Assembly: GCF_001194135.2 (NCBI RefSeq)
Contig: NC_068981.1
Coordinates: forward strand, 131,629,116 to 131,692,810
Direction: 5' to 3'
Length of the DNA stretch: 63,695 bases
Source of the DNA: Octopus bimaculoides
Taxonomy: Eukaryota
In this document: positions 1 to 12,383 of the stretch, one piece after another
Layout of the letters: each line of letters starts with the position of its first letter
How positions within the stretch are numbered: position 1 is the first letter of the stretch
Program-made: the position numbers and the translations under genes
Notes under the pieces: model-generated
What the model was told of the DNA's origin: nothing
The model's input: the letters and a program-made list of their open reading frames with translations, nothing else
Database searches by the model: none

Positions 1-320
1 ACTGCGTGGTACCTTGGGCAAGTGTCTTCTACTATAGCCTCGGGATGACCAAAGTCTTGTGAGTGGATTTGGTAGACGGAAACTGAAAGAAGCCCGTCGT
101 ATATATGTATATATATGTGTGTGTGTGTGTGTGTTTGTCCCCCAACATCGCTTGACAACCGATGCTGGTGTGTTTACGTCCCCGTAACTTAGCGGTTTGG
201 CAAAAGAGACCGATAGAATAAGTACTAGGCTTCCAAAGAATAAGTCCTGGGGTCGATTTGCTCGACTAAAGGCGGTGCTCCAGCATGGCCACAGTCAAAT
301 GACTGAAACAAGTAAAAGAG
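1..320 (+). mobile_element. SINE family A (head cut by window edge; central TA/TG microsatellite; ...gactgaaacaagtaaaagag tail)
   Basis: Near-identical reverse copy at 51729-52136; partial copies at 23308, 25995, 30058, 42170, 49116 and 62925. Confidence 0.85.
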
Positions 321-1611
321 TATATATGTATTGCTTTTCCTTTTTGCAAAAATTTTTTTTACACAATTGTTTGAAAGTGGTCAGATCGAACCCGAGACAC
401 TAGATATTATATAACTTGGTTTAAGAAAAGACAAAATTTAGATAATTGTCCTATAGTTATAATTTACATCAACATAAAATACATATAACACAATAAATAC
501 ACCAAGGCAAGAAACATATCAATATATCAGGTTGAGTAAAAAGTAAGCAACGTTTTGTACCATGAAGAATTTTTGCAGAGTTTTGAATTCTTTTCAAACA
601 TTTTTTTTTTTTTTTTTTGTAATTTTCTGATAATATCAAGGGGCTAGCAAAAAACTACCCGGAAGGCAATCTTTCTGCTAGTCCTTATAAAAAGAAAGGT
701 TTGTTTGTACGTTGTCCGCTGAAAACGCGAAGTAGAATTGATAATATTTCAGGATTTTCGTGTCATTTAAGTTAATTTGACCGTTTCACAGATAACTGTG
801 CACTTATTTTCCGAAAACGGAATGGGTTGGGTGGCGTGTTGGTGATGCATTGACTTCTATTTCTAGCAATTCACGCGCTGCCTATTTCACCGTAATGCTT
901 TTTACAGAGTGAAAAAATGTTCTGTCTATCACTCAGCTTTCTCTAAGTTTATACATTACATTTATTCCTTTAAAGTCTCTGCCGGACCTCTGCTTTTTTT
1001 CTGTCCCTCTCTATGTCTCTATGTCTCTCACTATTTCCCTCCCTCTCTTTCNNNNNNNNNNNNNNNNNNNNNNNNNNNNNNNNNNNNNNNNNNNNNNNNN
1101 NNNNNNNNNNNNNNNNNNNNNNNNNNNNNNNNNNNNNNNNNNNNNNNNNNNNNNNNNNNNNNNNNNNNNNNNNNNNNNNNNNNNNNNNNNNNNNNNNNNN
1201 NNNNNNNNNNNNNNNNNNNNNNNNNNNNNNNNNNNNNNNNNNNNNNNNNNNNNNNNNNNNNNNNNNNNNNNNNNNNNNNNNNNNNNNNNNNNNNNNNNNN
1301 NNNNNNNNNNNNNNNNNATATATATATATATATATATAAAGCTCAACGTCTGTGTGTCTACATCTATAGGACGAAAGGGAATAGAAGATACATAACAACA
1401 AAGTATGTGTTCTTATGTAAAATTTTACGAGAAAGACGATGAGCTACATAAAATGTACTTTCTATTGCAATTAGAGGGCTTAAAAGGGGGAAAACACCCC
1501 CCTGTGAAATTTCAAATACCTCCGATTTCAATGAAAATAACAACATAACTACTAGGTACTAAATAAAGACGATTTCCAAAATTTCACCATCTTACAATGT
1601 TATTTAACCCC

Positions 1612-1945
1612 ATCTAATGGCAGAGTTTGTACAGCTGGATGCCCTTCCTAACGCCAACCACTCCGAGAGTGTAGTGGGTGCTTTTTAGGTGCCACCGGCA
1701 CGGAAGTGAGACCGCTGCTCTGACAGTGATCCCACTCGGATAGTGCTGTTAGCGCTCCACTGGCACGGATGTCAGTCATCGAATTTGGTTCAGTTTCGAT
1801 CTCACTTGCCCCAACAGGTCTTCGCAAGCTGAGTTTAGTGTCTAATGAAGGAAGGTTGGCATGGGTGCCAGTCATCGAATTTGGTTCAATTTCGATTTCA
1901 CTTGCCTCAACAGGTCTTTGCAAGCAGCGTTTTGTGCCCAAAGAA
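1612..1945 (-). mobile_element. RTE LINE 3'UTR fragment with an internally duplicated module
   Basis: Contains ggatgcccttcctaacgccaaccact, shared with all RTE 3' ends in the window. Segments ~1770-1845 and ~1868-1925 are similar to each other. Confidence 0.7.
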
Positions 1946-2679
1946 GGAATGCGTTAATGTGAGTGTGTCTGTGCATGCGCACACACGTTATCATCATCTT
2001 CATTGTCTTAACATCCACTTTTCCATGCTTGCATTGGTCTGAGAGAACTTGTTGAAGCAAATTTTCTACAGCTGGATACCCTTCCTGTCACCAACCTTAA
2101 CTTATTTCAAAGCAAGCTAATAATCCCCTAGTCTTCGAAACACCAAACTATCTGGGGAAAGTTATGAACTTCTTTTCTCAACAAATATAGTTATGCCAGC
2201 GCATATTCTTTAAAGCATATTGGCATAGAGCAACTTTGATGTTTTGGCAATTGCAATCCATTATATAACTATTAACACATNNNNNNNNNNNNNNNNNNNN
2301 NNNNNNNNNNNNNNNNNNNNNNNNNNNNNNNNNNNNNNNNNNNNNNNNNNNNNNNNNNNNNNNNNNNNNNNNNNNNNNNNNNNNNNNNNNNNNNNNNNNN
2401 NNNNNNNNNNNNNNNNNNNNNNNNNNNNNNNNNNNNNNNNNNNNNNNNNNNNNNNNNNNNNNNNNNNNNNNNNNNNNNNNNNNNNNNNNNNNNNNNNNNN
2501 NNNNNNNNNNNNNNNNNNNNNNNNNNNNNNNNNNNNNNNNNNNAACTAAATAGCTTCCCTCTCACCTCAATTTTTCCTTCCACCTCACTCTTGCTTGCTT
2601 CTCTTTCTTTCCCCTTCTCTCACCAAGTTTCTCTTTTCTACTACTTCCTGTCAACATATGAAACTCAGATTACTTGCGT

Positions 2680-3566
2680 TCCTCATGGTAACAAAGGGCC
2701 TCTCGCTCAGAGTGAAAGGTAGACTGTATGACACGTGTGCGAAAAGCCATGCTACACGGCAGTGAAACATGGGCTGTGACTGCTGAGGACATGCATAGGC
2801 TTGAAAGGAATGAAGCTAGTATGCTCTGCTGGATGTGTAATGTCAGTATGCATACATGGCAGACCGTAAGCCCCAAGAGAAAAGTTGGACATAAAAAGCA
2901 TCAGAAGTGGTGTGCAAGAGAGACGACTGTGAAGGTATGGTTACGTGTTGCGTATGGATGAGGACAGCCGTATGATAAAGTGTCACACCCTAACAGCGGA
3001 GGGAACCTGTGGAAGAGATAGACCCAGGAAGACATGGGATGAGGTGGTTAAGGACGACCTTCGAATGTTGGGCCTCACAGAAGCAATGACAAGCGACTGA
3101 AACCTTTGAAGATATACTGTGCTTGAGAAGACCTGGCAAGCCAAGTGAGATGGTAGCCGTGGCCTATGCCAGTGTCGCATAACCAGCCCATTTAAGTGTT
3201 CCTTTCCATCGTTGGGCAATATGCTGTGCTTGAGAAGACCTGTTGAAGTCAAGTGAAATCACTGCTGTGGCCGATGCCAGTACCGCCTGACTGGCACATA
3301 AACAGCACCATTCGAGCTTGGTCGATGCCAGTGCCACTGGACTGGCTCCTGTGCCGGTGGCACGTAAAAAGCACCATTCGAGCGTGGTCGATGCCAGTGC
3401 CACCTGACTGGCTCCCATGCTGGTGGTACATAAAAAGCACCATTCGAGCACGGTCAATGCCAGTGTCACCTGACTGGCCCCCATGCCGATGACATGTAAA
3501 AAGCACCACTCCATTGCGGTCGATGTCAGTGCCGCCTGACTGGCCCCCGTGCCGGTGGCACATAAA
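2680..3566 (+). mobile_element. 5'-truncated RTE LINE (ORF2 C-terminus plus tandem 3'UTR modules), running into an N-gap
   Basis: MLHGSETWAVTAEDMHRLERNEASML and GRPRKTWDEVV motifs, followed by ~70-nt repeated units. Confidence 0.9.
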
Positions 3567-4340
3567 NNNNNNNNNNNNNNNNNNNNNNNNNNNNNNNNNN
3601 NNNNNNNNNNNNNNNNNNNNNNNNNNNNNNNNNNNNNNNNNNNNNNNNNNNNNNNNNNNNNNNNNNNNNNNNNNNNNNNNNNNNNNNNNNNNNNNNNNNN
3701 NNNNNNNNNNNNNNNNNNNNNNNNNNNNNNNNNNNNNNNNNNNNNNNNNNNNNNNNNNNNNNNNNNNNNNNNNNNNNNNNNNNNNNNNNNNNNNNNNNNN
3801 NNNNNNNNNNNNNNNNNNNNNNNNNNNNNNNNNNNNNNNNNNNNNNNNNNNNNNNNNNNNNNNNNNNNNNNNNNNNNNNNNNNNNNNNNNNNNNNNNNNN
3901 NNNNNNNNNNNNNNNNNNNNNNNNNNNNNNNNNNNNNNNNNNNNNNNNNNNNNNNNNNNNNNNNNNNNNNNNNNNNNNNNNNNNNNNNNNNNNNNNNNNN
4001 NNNNNNNNNNNNNNNNNNNNNNNNNNNNNNNNNNNNNNNNNNNNNNNNNNNNNNNNNNNNNNNNNNNNNNNNNNNNNNNNNNNNNNNNNNNNNNNNNNNN
4101 NNNNNNNNNNNNNNNNNNNNNNNNNNNNNNNNNNNNNNNNNNNNNNNNNNNNNNNNNNNNNNNNNNNNNNNNNNNNNNNNNNNNNNNNNNNNNNNNNNNN
4201 NNNNNNNNNNNNNNNNNNNNNNNNNNNNNNNNNNNNNNNNNNNNNNNNNNNNNNNNNNNNNNNNNNNNNNNNNNNNNNNNNNNNNNNNNNNNNNNNNNNN
4301 NNNNNNNNNNNNNNNNNNNNNNNNNNNNNNNNNNNNNNNN

Positions 4341-4675
4341 NAATGTTTGGTCTCATCTCCAGCCCAGACATCAACCCTATGGAATTCACTATTTGGTCCA
4401 TTCTAGAACGTGATGCTTCAAGAGTTTCCTCCAAAAATATCACCACTCTGAAGAACGCCTTAGTCGCGTCAATGGATCATTTCAGTGAAGAAGTTGTCTG
4501 ATATTCATGTGACTGTCCATTGCCATCTTTGAGGGATTGTGAAAGCTAAAGGCTGACTTATTTAATGAAACGTATCTTAATATGTCACATGACCATATTT
4601 AATTTAATCTGAAAGAACTCATGTATTTTTATGCTCTTTACTAAAAATCAATTAGGAATCCTTTAGTACACTCTG
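4341..4675 (+). mobile_element. Tc1/mariner-superfamily transposase C-terminal remnant with right terminus
   Basis: Frame reads SSPDINPMEFTIWSILER (SPDLNPxD/E motif), with stops and a frameshift. Ends ...gtacactctg|TA, a CAGxGTG-type end with TA target. Confidence 0.7.
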
Positions 4676-5490
4676 TACAAGAGAATAGAATAGAGGGTGT
4701 GCAATGATTCTAGATCGGGAATGAGGGCGGGTAAAATGAGACATTCATATTTATTTCTTTGGCACTTATTACAGTGTATACCACGATCTTTGACCTTGGG
4801 TAGCAACTGTTATTTCCTATTTGCTTACCTCCCAGAAAGTATGAAAAATGGTAATTGGCCTTGTTACATTTATACAAAACCCAAAGAATCCCTCTCGACA
4901 CATGGCTATGATGCTCTCCCACTACTCCTGCTCATGATCAGAGATGCACATATTGTCAGCCACTAAGGGACATGCTCAAGTGGTTATGGTCGGCCAACTG
5001 ACAAGCAAATCTGTGATATTTAGCAGAATATTCTGTATAATGATATTTCTGCTTCAGCCTATAATGGAAAATAGGTCAGTTTCAAAACACTGATGTCCAG
5101 GTCACAAATGCCAAGTTTGAAGGGAATAGTAGTCATTTCCTTTTATTTCTAGATGGAAGCAAATAGGAAATAACATTTACTGACCAAAGACAAAAAAATT
5201 TTTAATTCTGTTACAGTTACCACCTTAACCATATTTTCATTGAAGTACACTGCTTTTGTTTCAATTAATTTTGAAAATAACGAAGAATTTAGTAAAATAA
5301 TTATTATGCTGAAGTTTAGAACATAAATTAACAGCTTTTGATGCAAGGTTTTAATTTAGACGACTTTAAAACAGGAAGCTTTTATCATAGAACCAGGGAA
5401 GATCTAAAGAAGTTTGGTATCAAAAGGATTAATACCTAGACAAATGTGTCGCTTACAATCTTCATTTATACTTCTGTCATTGAAGCACCA

Positions 5491-5877
5491 TTGTTGTTGG
5501 CACTCCGTCGCTTACGACGTCGAGGGTTCCAGTTGATCCGATCAACGGAGCAGCCTGCTCGTGAAATTAACGTGCAAGTGGCTGAGCACTCCACAGACAC
5601 GTGTACCCTTAATGTAGCTCTCGGGGATATTCAGCGTGACACAGAGTGTGACAAGGCTGACCCTTTGAATAACAGGCACAACAGAAACAGGAAGTAAGAG
5701 TGAGAGAAAGTTGTGGCGGAAGAGTACACCAGGGTTCGCCACCATCCCCTGCCGGAGCCTCATGGAGCTTTAGGTGTTTTAGCTCAATAAACACTCACAA
5801 CGCCCGGTCTGGGAATCGAAACCGCGATCCTATGACTGCGAGTCCGCTGCCCTAACGACTGGACCATTGCGCCTCCA
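5491..5877 (-). mobile_element. SINE family B (tRNA-derived head, ...gacggagtgccaacaacaa tail)
   Basis: A-box/B-box-like head. Highly similar full-length copies at 40887-41266 and 50692-51073. Confidence 0.88.
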
Positions 5878-5953
5878 GGCAATGAAAAACTAAAAACACA
5901 GATAAGGGTTTTAAATAAAATTTTAATTGAAACTTTCCAAGTATTTTGTAAAC

Positions 5954-5959
5954 TTTATT
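5954..5959 (-). promoter_or_regulatory. Candidate polyadenylation signal (AATAAA) for the VPS9D1-like mRNA
   Basis: AATAAA about 450 nt after the stop codon, followed on the minus strand by U/GU-rich sequence. No transcript evidence. Confidence 0.4.
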
Positions 5960-6410
5960 GACTTGATATATCATTAGTAATATATTTTATATATTTACCG
6001 ATTCATTGTTAATGGTCATTTGATATCACTGCATGCTTATTTTATATAGTAGATATTGTTTATAAATATTATTGTGGTTGAGTTATTTAATTAGTAATGT
6101 ATTAGTTATATGGTAAAAAAAAGGTGACCATATAACATATAACAATGAAGTAATTAAAACAGTTGAGCTGTTTGCTCGAGAACAAACAACACAACATCTG
6201 TGTGATATAAACCAGATAGCTTACTGAAGCTAATAAATGCCATCACTGCTTGTTGAAAACTTTACAGAGAATCCCACACAACATGGAATGTAAATCTATA
6301 GAAGAAATTGGGGCAGGTGGAAGGCTCAATATTATTTCCAGCATATAAATGCAAAAAAACATTGTTTTTGCTGAAGAATTTTCCAAATATCACATAAATA
6401 CAATTTCATA

Positions 6411-6519
6411 CTAATTTCCAGGTAAAGTGTGAAAGACTTTTTCTGAAGATAGAGATGTAAGATATCCAAGAGCTGTTTGGAACGAAGTCAAACAGTAGCC
6501 ACCTTCACCAAGAAGATAC
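6411..6519 (-). CDS. VPS9D1: VPS9D1-like last coding exon (GYLLGEGGYCLTSFQTALGYLTSLSSEKVFHTLPGN-stop)
   Basis: gtctag acceptor after a pyrimidine tract. GExGYCLTS motif of VPS9 domains. TAG stop at 6411-6413. 109 nt. Confidence 0.94.
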
Positions 6520-6798
6520 CTAGACAGAAAGAAAAAACAACAGTAAAAATTATGAAAATTCTGTAAAATTTTAAGCATATAGTACACACACACACACACA
6601 CACTTTACACCTCCAACAGAGCATACCCACTTCATTTCTTTCTAATCTCCATACATTCTTTGCACCCATATTTCACAATCATGCAACATTGCATTTCATA
6701 CAAAAGTATTACATAATCAACTCTTCAGTCAGAGGCATAGAAAGAACTCCTTTGTTGCCAGCAGAAGTTATAACTCACTGAACTTTACTTTATTTTTA

Positions 6799-6874
6799 CT
6801 CTGAATGTCATACATTCAGAGCAGTAAATTTCACTGCAATCACTAGCAGAAAACTCCAGGCAGTTTTCTGCTAG
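6799..6874. repeat. Two adjacent perfect hairpins (10-bp stem 6799-6821; 13-bp stem 6843-6874), probable DNA-element terminus
   Basis: ctctgaatgt-cat-acattcagag and ctagcagaaaact-ccaggc-agttttctgctag. A related reverse copy lies at ~630-684. Confidence 0.7.
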
Positions 6875-7134
6875 CCCCTTGATAATATTTTCACATTTGA
6901 TTCCCACTTCTAATAATTTTTACGTCTAATTATTTCTTTGTATAATAGTGCTTTCTTAGTAAATATTGTTTTCATTATTTTATCACAGTCATAATCTCTC
7001 TCTCTTTTAAACAAACATCATGATAGTCCAACAACAGAGGGAGGAGCAATTTGTCAAGTTCTACCTTCCCCTCAAAGCAACATAGAGATTACAATTCAGC
7101 AGCCCATCTGTAAGCTTTGCAGTGAGTGTGTGTG

Positions 7135-7171
<37 letters not shown>

Positions 7172-8009
7172 GGAGGAAGAGAACATTGCAAACAATGAAT
7201 GAAATGAAAAAAATCATATAAATAAAAGGGCATTACTTCAGATATATATGCTCCCAACTTTGTTGCCTCATAACATCCAGAAAAATGGATACTTTTTAAT
7301 AAAATTTTCTACAAATACCACTTAGATGTTGTGGTTTCAGAGTATATAGGGATTTGTGGGAAATAATTTTTCCAAGTGGGTGGAGAGAAGAGTTTTGAAG
7401 AATTCACATGATCTTTTTTCCCTCATAGCTTTCAGGAAAATGGGTATACAAATCCCTTCCAAACAGCATAGATTACAATTATAAAGAAATTTGTGAGGAA
7501 AATTTTTTCATGGATTTTCTCCATTTCATTTAAACCACAGCCTTTGAAATGATGGGGTTGGGGGGGAGATGTATCTTTGTGTGAAAAAAATTTTGAAAAC
7601 TATTTTTTTACAACCCCACTCCCTCATCATCACAATCCAGACCTATTTTGACCAATTTTTTTTTTTTGCACTTCAAAACCATGGGAAGAGCCTTTTCAGC
7701 TAAAAAAAAAAAAAGAAAAATTGTTATTTTCAGAGGGAAAATTGAGTGATTTAAGGGCGATTTGGCTGTTGTTTCTAGCACATCCAAAGGCAACCCTCTT
7801 TGTTTCTTTATCACTCTCGCATGTATTGATATTTTTCGATATTTTTTCCGCATAAATACATTTATATGCTGCTATAAAAAAGAAAATTTGAGAAATTACA
7901 AACTTTTTGCAACCCCACTCCTTGCCCCCGATTGTTCCTGTTTAGAAATTAAAATATTGGAGAAGGTCATTGCTGGCATTTATCCACAGTGATTTCAAAA
8001 CATTACGGA

Positions 8010-8510
8010 GATGTACTTGCATGGAAAGTGATTTGATCTGAAATTGTGTGCTGAAACAAAAACAAGTGCAGCATGCAAGATGTTTGTAAGCCATTCAAAA
8101 ACACACAAAAACAGTTAGTTTCACTTTTCTTTTTTCATTTTCATTTTATCTAGTTTCAGCTCATGAGCTGTGGCCATGCTGGGGCACCACCATTTGGTGT
8201 TGCTACACAATTTTACTTCACGAATTTTACTTCACGAATTTTACTTCAGGAATTGACATTTGGTGCATGAGAGAGTTTGATGCAGCTGCTCTCATCTGCA
8301 CCTCCTGCCGTGCTTCAACATTTAAATTTCACAGAACTTCACAAAAGTGATGCAGCATGAAGTTTTGCTAGTGAACAGGTCGTGCTTTCAAAGCAACAAA
8401 TATTTTGGCACAAATGAAATTTAAATGTTGAAATGAAACTGTTTTTGTGTGTTCTTGAATGGCTTACAAACATCTTCCATGCTGAAATTGTTGTTGTTTT
8501 AAAAAAAAAA
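8010..8510. mobile_element. Degenerate foldback/MITE-like element with inverted arms, interrupted by a SINE-A tail fragment and a 14-bp x3 tandem (8209-8248)
   Basis: Arms ~8053-8121 and ~8433-8500 are reverse complements. Inner 18-bp perfect inverted repeat at 8314-8331 / 8415-8432. Related copy at ~38350-38640. Confidence 0.6.
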
Positions 8511-9319
8511 AGAGTTATGTAAAGGATAATTCATTTTAATAACATACTTNNNNNNNNNNNNNNNNNNNNNNNNNNNNNNNNNNNNNNNNNNNNNNNNNNN
8601 NNNNNNNNNNNNNNNNNNNNNNNNNNNNNGTTTGATTCAGGTGGGGGTAAAAATTTAGATTACAATTTATTGTTTTTCTTCCACCAATGGACCACGCGTG
8701 TGTTACTTCAGCATCATCATTCCATAAAATGTGTTTCATGAGAGAAAAATATTGAAAAAGCATCAATACATGTGGGAGTGAAAAGGAAGGGTGGTTTGGG
8801 TTGTGCTAGAAACAACAGCAAAACTTCCTTTGAATTGTTCGCTTTTTCGTCTGAAAATATTTACAATTTGTTTTGTTAGGGTTAGGGTTTTTTTTTTTGT
8901 CACGCCATAAATGGGTGGTGTGCGTATTCTTCACCTCCACCCCAGATAGTTATTATTGTAAGGCTTATAGCATTCCAAACAGCCATAACAACAAAATCAA
9001 TTTAAAATTTTGTTTACAAAAATTATATGGGTATTTTAAATTTTCATTCAATAAATAATATTTTTACATTACGTATACATTAATACAATAAACTGTCGAT
9101 TTTCCAAATAGCGAATTAAAACTTGAAATAAAAACATTAAAAGAGAAAGTAAGAAACTTTGCAAATGAAAATGGAATACTCTGCGGTTTGAACTACATCT
9201 CATCTAAGCTAATTCTCTTCTTGATTAGTTATGCTATAACACTTGCTATTACTTTCCAAGCTTGATCCATCAATTTATTACTTCTGTAGTTGCTTCCTTC
9301 TAAATCATCCCCTTTGCTC

Positions 9320-9740
9320 TTATAGTAGTTGGCAATATAGATAAACAGAACACCTCTCAGTATTACCTGATTGACTGCATGTGACAAGAGTATGTCCTAT
9401 TGCACCAGATGTTTTCAGCATCTCAGTGATTATACCCAAAGGCTTAGCTGCTTTCCCAGCCTTCATATCCTTAATTGTACTTTTAACTATATAGTTCTCA
9501 ACTTCAAGAGTTGGTTTGTCTGTTGGACCTATTTGTGGTAGTCTCCCCATCTCCCATAGATTTCCTTTATTCAGCAATCTCTGAAGGAAGCATTTCCATG
9601 CCTGTGCCTGTTTCTTCTCTACATCAGAGTGGGGAAAGCACATCACTATCATTCTATATACATGACGTCTTGATTCACACTGACACACTACAATCCAGAA
9701 CACCTTGCGTTTCTGACCCTCTCATTCCAGAGCACCATCA
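9320..9740 (-). mobile_element. Old RTE LINE ORF2 internal fragment
   Basis: QRLLN...IKDMKAGKAAKPLGIITEMLK parallels the 27149-27552 segment (YERLLNEE...IKDMKTAKAPGLSGITAEMLK). Confidence 0.8.
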
Positions 9741-10069
9741 ATTCAAGGCTCCCTTCTATACAGTTTCCATCTATCAAATTCCACTCAGAACACATTTGCT
9801 AACAAATAGCAAATAACTATGGTAGAAGACACCCAAAGTGTTATATGATGATGTTGAACCCAGGGGTTTTAAAGTGAACTTCTTAAACAGACAGCCATGC
9901 TTGCACATAAGAGAGGATGCCTGTCTATTACACACTTTGCACATAAGAATATTTTAACACTGTGCTAAGAGCTGATAAAATACATTAGTTATTTCATAAT
10001 TTGGCACGTTATAACTACAGGTAGAAAAGTGTAATAACTTCATATATTGTAACCATTGGTAGAAAAACA

Positions 10070-10075
<6 letters not shown>

Positions 10076-10122
<47 letters not shown>

Positions 10123-10147
10123 NNNNNNNNNNCACGCACACACACAC
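10076..10147. repeat. (AC)n microsatellite with a 10-N gap
   Basis: Directly visible. Other simple repeats: (TG)(AG) ~7125-7170, (TG)(TC) ~19310-19400, (TG) ~59545-59585. Confidence 0.95.
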
Positions 10148-10446
10148 TGTAAACAAAGACATGAGAGTGTGGTACCATATTTTCCAGCATACAAGTCAAT
10201 GTAGTATATAGTGTAAACATTCAAACATTGTCACTATTTTTCCAAATCCTACTGCATTTCACATAGAACTTTTGGTCTTCCAAAGACATCTTGGTGTATA
10301 AGTCATCCCACCTTTTTTAGCTGCAAATTTTAATTTGAAAATTCCAACTTGTATACTGCAAAATATGGTTACCAGACACAGTGAAACCATAGATAAAAAT
10401 AAAAGTACTGAAGACAAGTGAAATAATAAATATGAGTTTATGTTAC

Positions 10447-10551
10447 CCTTCATGGATCAGTTCCTCTATGGCAGCACATTCAGATACAAGTTCTGGTAGT
10501 TCACTACGGATCAGCACATAATGCAGGATTGGAAGCAGATCATCTGCACCA
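10447..10551 (-). CDS. VPS9D1: VPS9D1-like exon with catalytic VPS9 motif ([34 protein letters not shown]; phase 2 to 2)
   Basis: tttcag acceptor and gtaaca donor. Canonical GADDLLP motif, near-identical to human [35 protein letters not shown]. 105 nt; absent from the ORF track. Confidence 0.96.
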
Positions 10552-11049
10552 CTGAAAAGAAGCAATTCTAAAAACTTAATGGTGTAGTGGTGATTGTGGT
10601 AATGATAATAGTTGTGGTAACACTATAGAATTAAGAAGGGATTCATTGGCTGGCTTGAAGTACCAAGTTCAACTGTACCTATATATCTGGAGGAAAGTGT
10701 ACCTTTTATCTGCTTAGGATTAAAGAAATTGGAAATACATCAGCCCCATATGTCTCTATAATTCAGAAAAAATTAGAGGCATAGCAACTGCTCAAGAAGT
10801 TCAGTATTTTCTATTTCTGTAAATAATTCCCAACATTTGGAGCTACATGTATTACATGTAAGATGTTGATGATTTTTTGGAGTGTGACATTTTGACATTG
10901 ATGAGCATGGTTCTTAAATGTTGTTGGGATGTAGGGCATTGGTAGTTTTGCTTTCTGTTATTAATTTTTTTTCTTTCTTCTTTTTTTTCTTTTTGTATGT
11001 CTTCTATAGGCATAAACTTGGACCCTGGCAAAAACATTGCAGGAATGAC

Positions 11050-11330
11050 TAGATGGATGCTACACCCGCTTACTCCAACATGCACTGAATATCAGATAGC
11101 AACAGAGGGTGATCAATGAAGACCTCTACAGGGACCTTCCCCTGATATCAGAGGTTGTCAAAGCCAGGAGACTCCATTTTGCTAGGCATTACTACTGGGC
11201 CAGGAACAAAAGTATGAGGGATGTGTTACTCTGGGAACCAACACATGGCTACAGGAGCAGAGGTTGACTAAGCAGTTGACCAGCTACAACATATGCTGAC
11301 AGGCTAGTGATTGACAGCAGTCTATCAGTT
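11050..11330 (+). mobile_element. C-terminal fragment of a second, distinct non-LTR retrotransposon family
   Basis: Reads DGCYTRLLQHALNI..NEDLYRDLPLISEVVKARRLHFARHYYW...DVLLWEPTHGYRSRG, a typical RTE-like ORF2 tail. It differs from the dominant family and contains stops. Confidence 0.7.
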
Positions 11331-11858
11331 CCCCATCGTCAGACATGTTTCCACAGCTGGCAGAGTGATGATGATGATGATAATGAACGTTACAGATTCA
11401 TCTATTGTCTCCCTCCCGACTTTCTGTCCCCCTTTGTCCTCTCTACCCACATAATATTTTCCACTATTCCTAGGGGAGCTACTGTCCACTTTGAGTAGTA
11501 CAGTTCTTGATAAAGTATCTTATATACAAGTAAACTCTCAAGAAAACCCCATGTAACACTTAATTCAAAGGTAAAAATTCTGATTGTCTCATATTATTAC
11601 GTACATTATGTACCACAAAATATATCTTATTGCAATACATGAATTGTAACATTTATTATTATCATGTCTGACCATGAGGAAATACTATCTTCCTTGGAAA
11701 CAGGTAAGAGTTGGTGACAGGGAGAACATCCAGTCACAGAAAATCTGCCTCAATAAATTCCATCTGACCCATACAAACATGGAAAAATGAATGTTCAAAT
11801 GATGATGATACATATGAGTATATATGTATGTATGTATGTATATTTAAACATATACATT

Positions 11859-11898
<40 letters not shown>

Positions 11899-11934
11899 TC
11901 AATACATATGCACACACATATATATATGTATACC

Positions 11935-12381
11935 AGCGTTGCCTTACTGGCACTTGCGCCGGTAGCATATTAGAAAATTATTCGAGCAAGGTCGAGCGAG
12001 GTCGTTGCCAGTGCCGCTGGACTGGCTCCTGTGCAGGTGGCACGTAAAAAACGCCATTTTGAGCGTGGCCGTTGCCAGTATCGTGTGACTGGTCCTCATG
12101 CCGGTGGCATGTAAAAGCACCCACTACACTCTCAGAGTGGTTGGCATTAGGAAGGGCATCCAGNNNNNNNNNNNNNNNNNNNNNNNNNNNNNNNNNNNNN
12201 NNNNNNNNNNNNNNNNNNNNNNNNNNNNNNNNNNNNNNNNNNNNNNNNNNNNNNNNNNNNNNNNNNNNNNNNNNNNNNNNNNNNNNNNNNNNNNNNTGCA
12301 GCCATCCAGTTCACCAGTCCTCAGTCAAATCGTCCAACCCATGTTAGCATGGAAAGCGGACGTAAAACGATGATGATGATG
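11935..12381 (+). mobile_element. RTE LINE 3' end with (ATG)n tail
   Basis: ~70-nt modules, ggaagggcatccag box and ...agcggacgtaaaacgatgatg tail; contains an N-gap. Confidence 0.9.
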
Positions 12382-12383
12382 AA

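Noticed and set aside
6483-6510. GEGGY instead of the GEEGY/GEDGY of other VPS9 domains
   Set aside because: This position varies, and the key GADD Asp, Pro, Tyr and Thr residues are intact, so there is no evidence for an inactive GEF.
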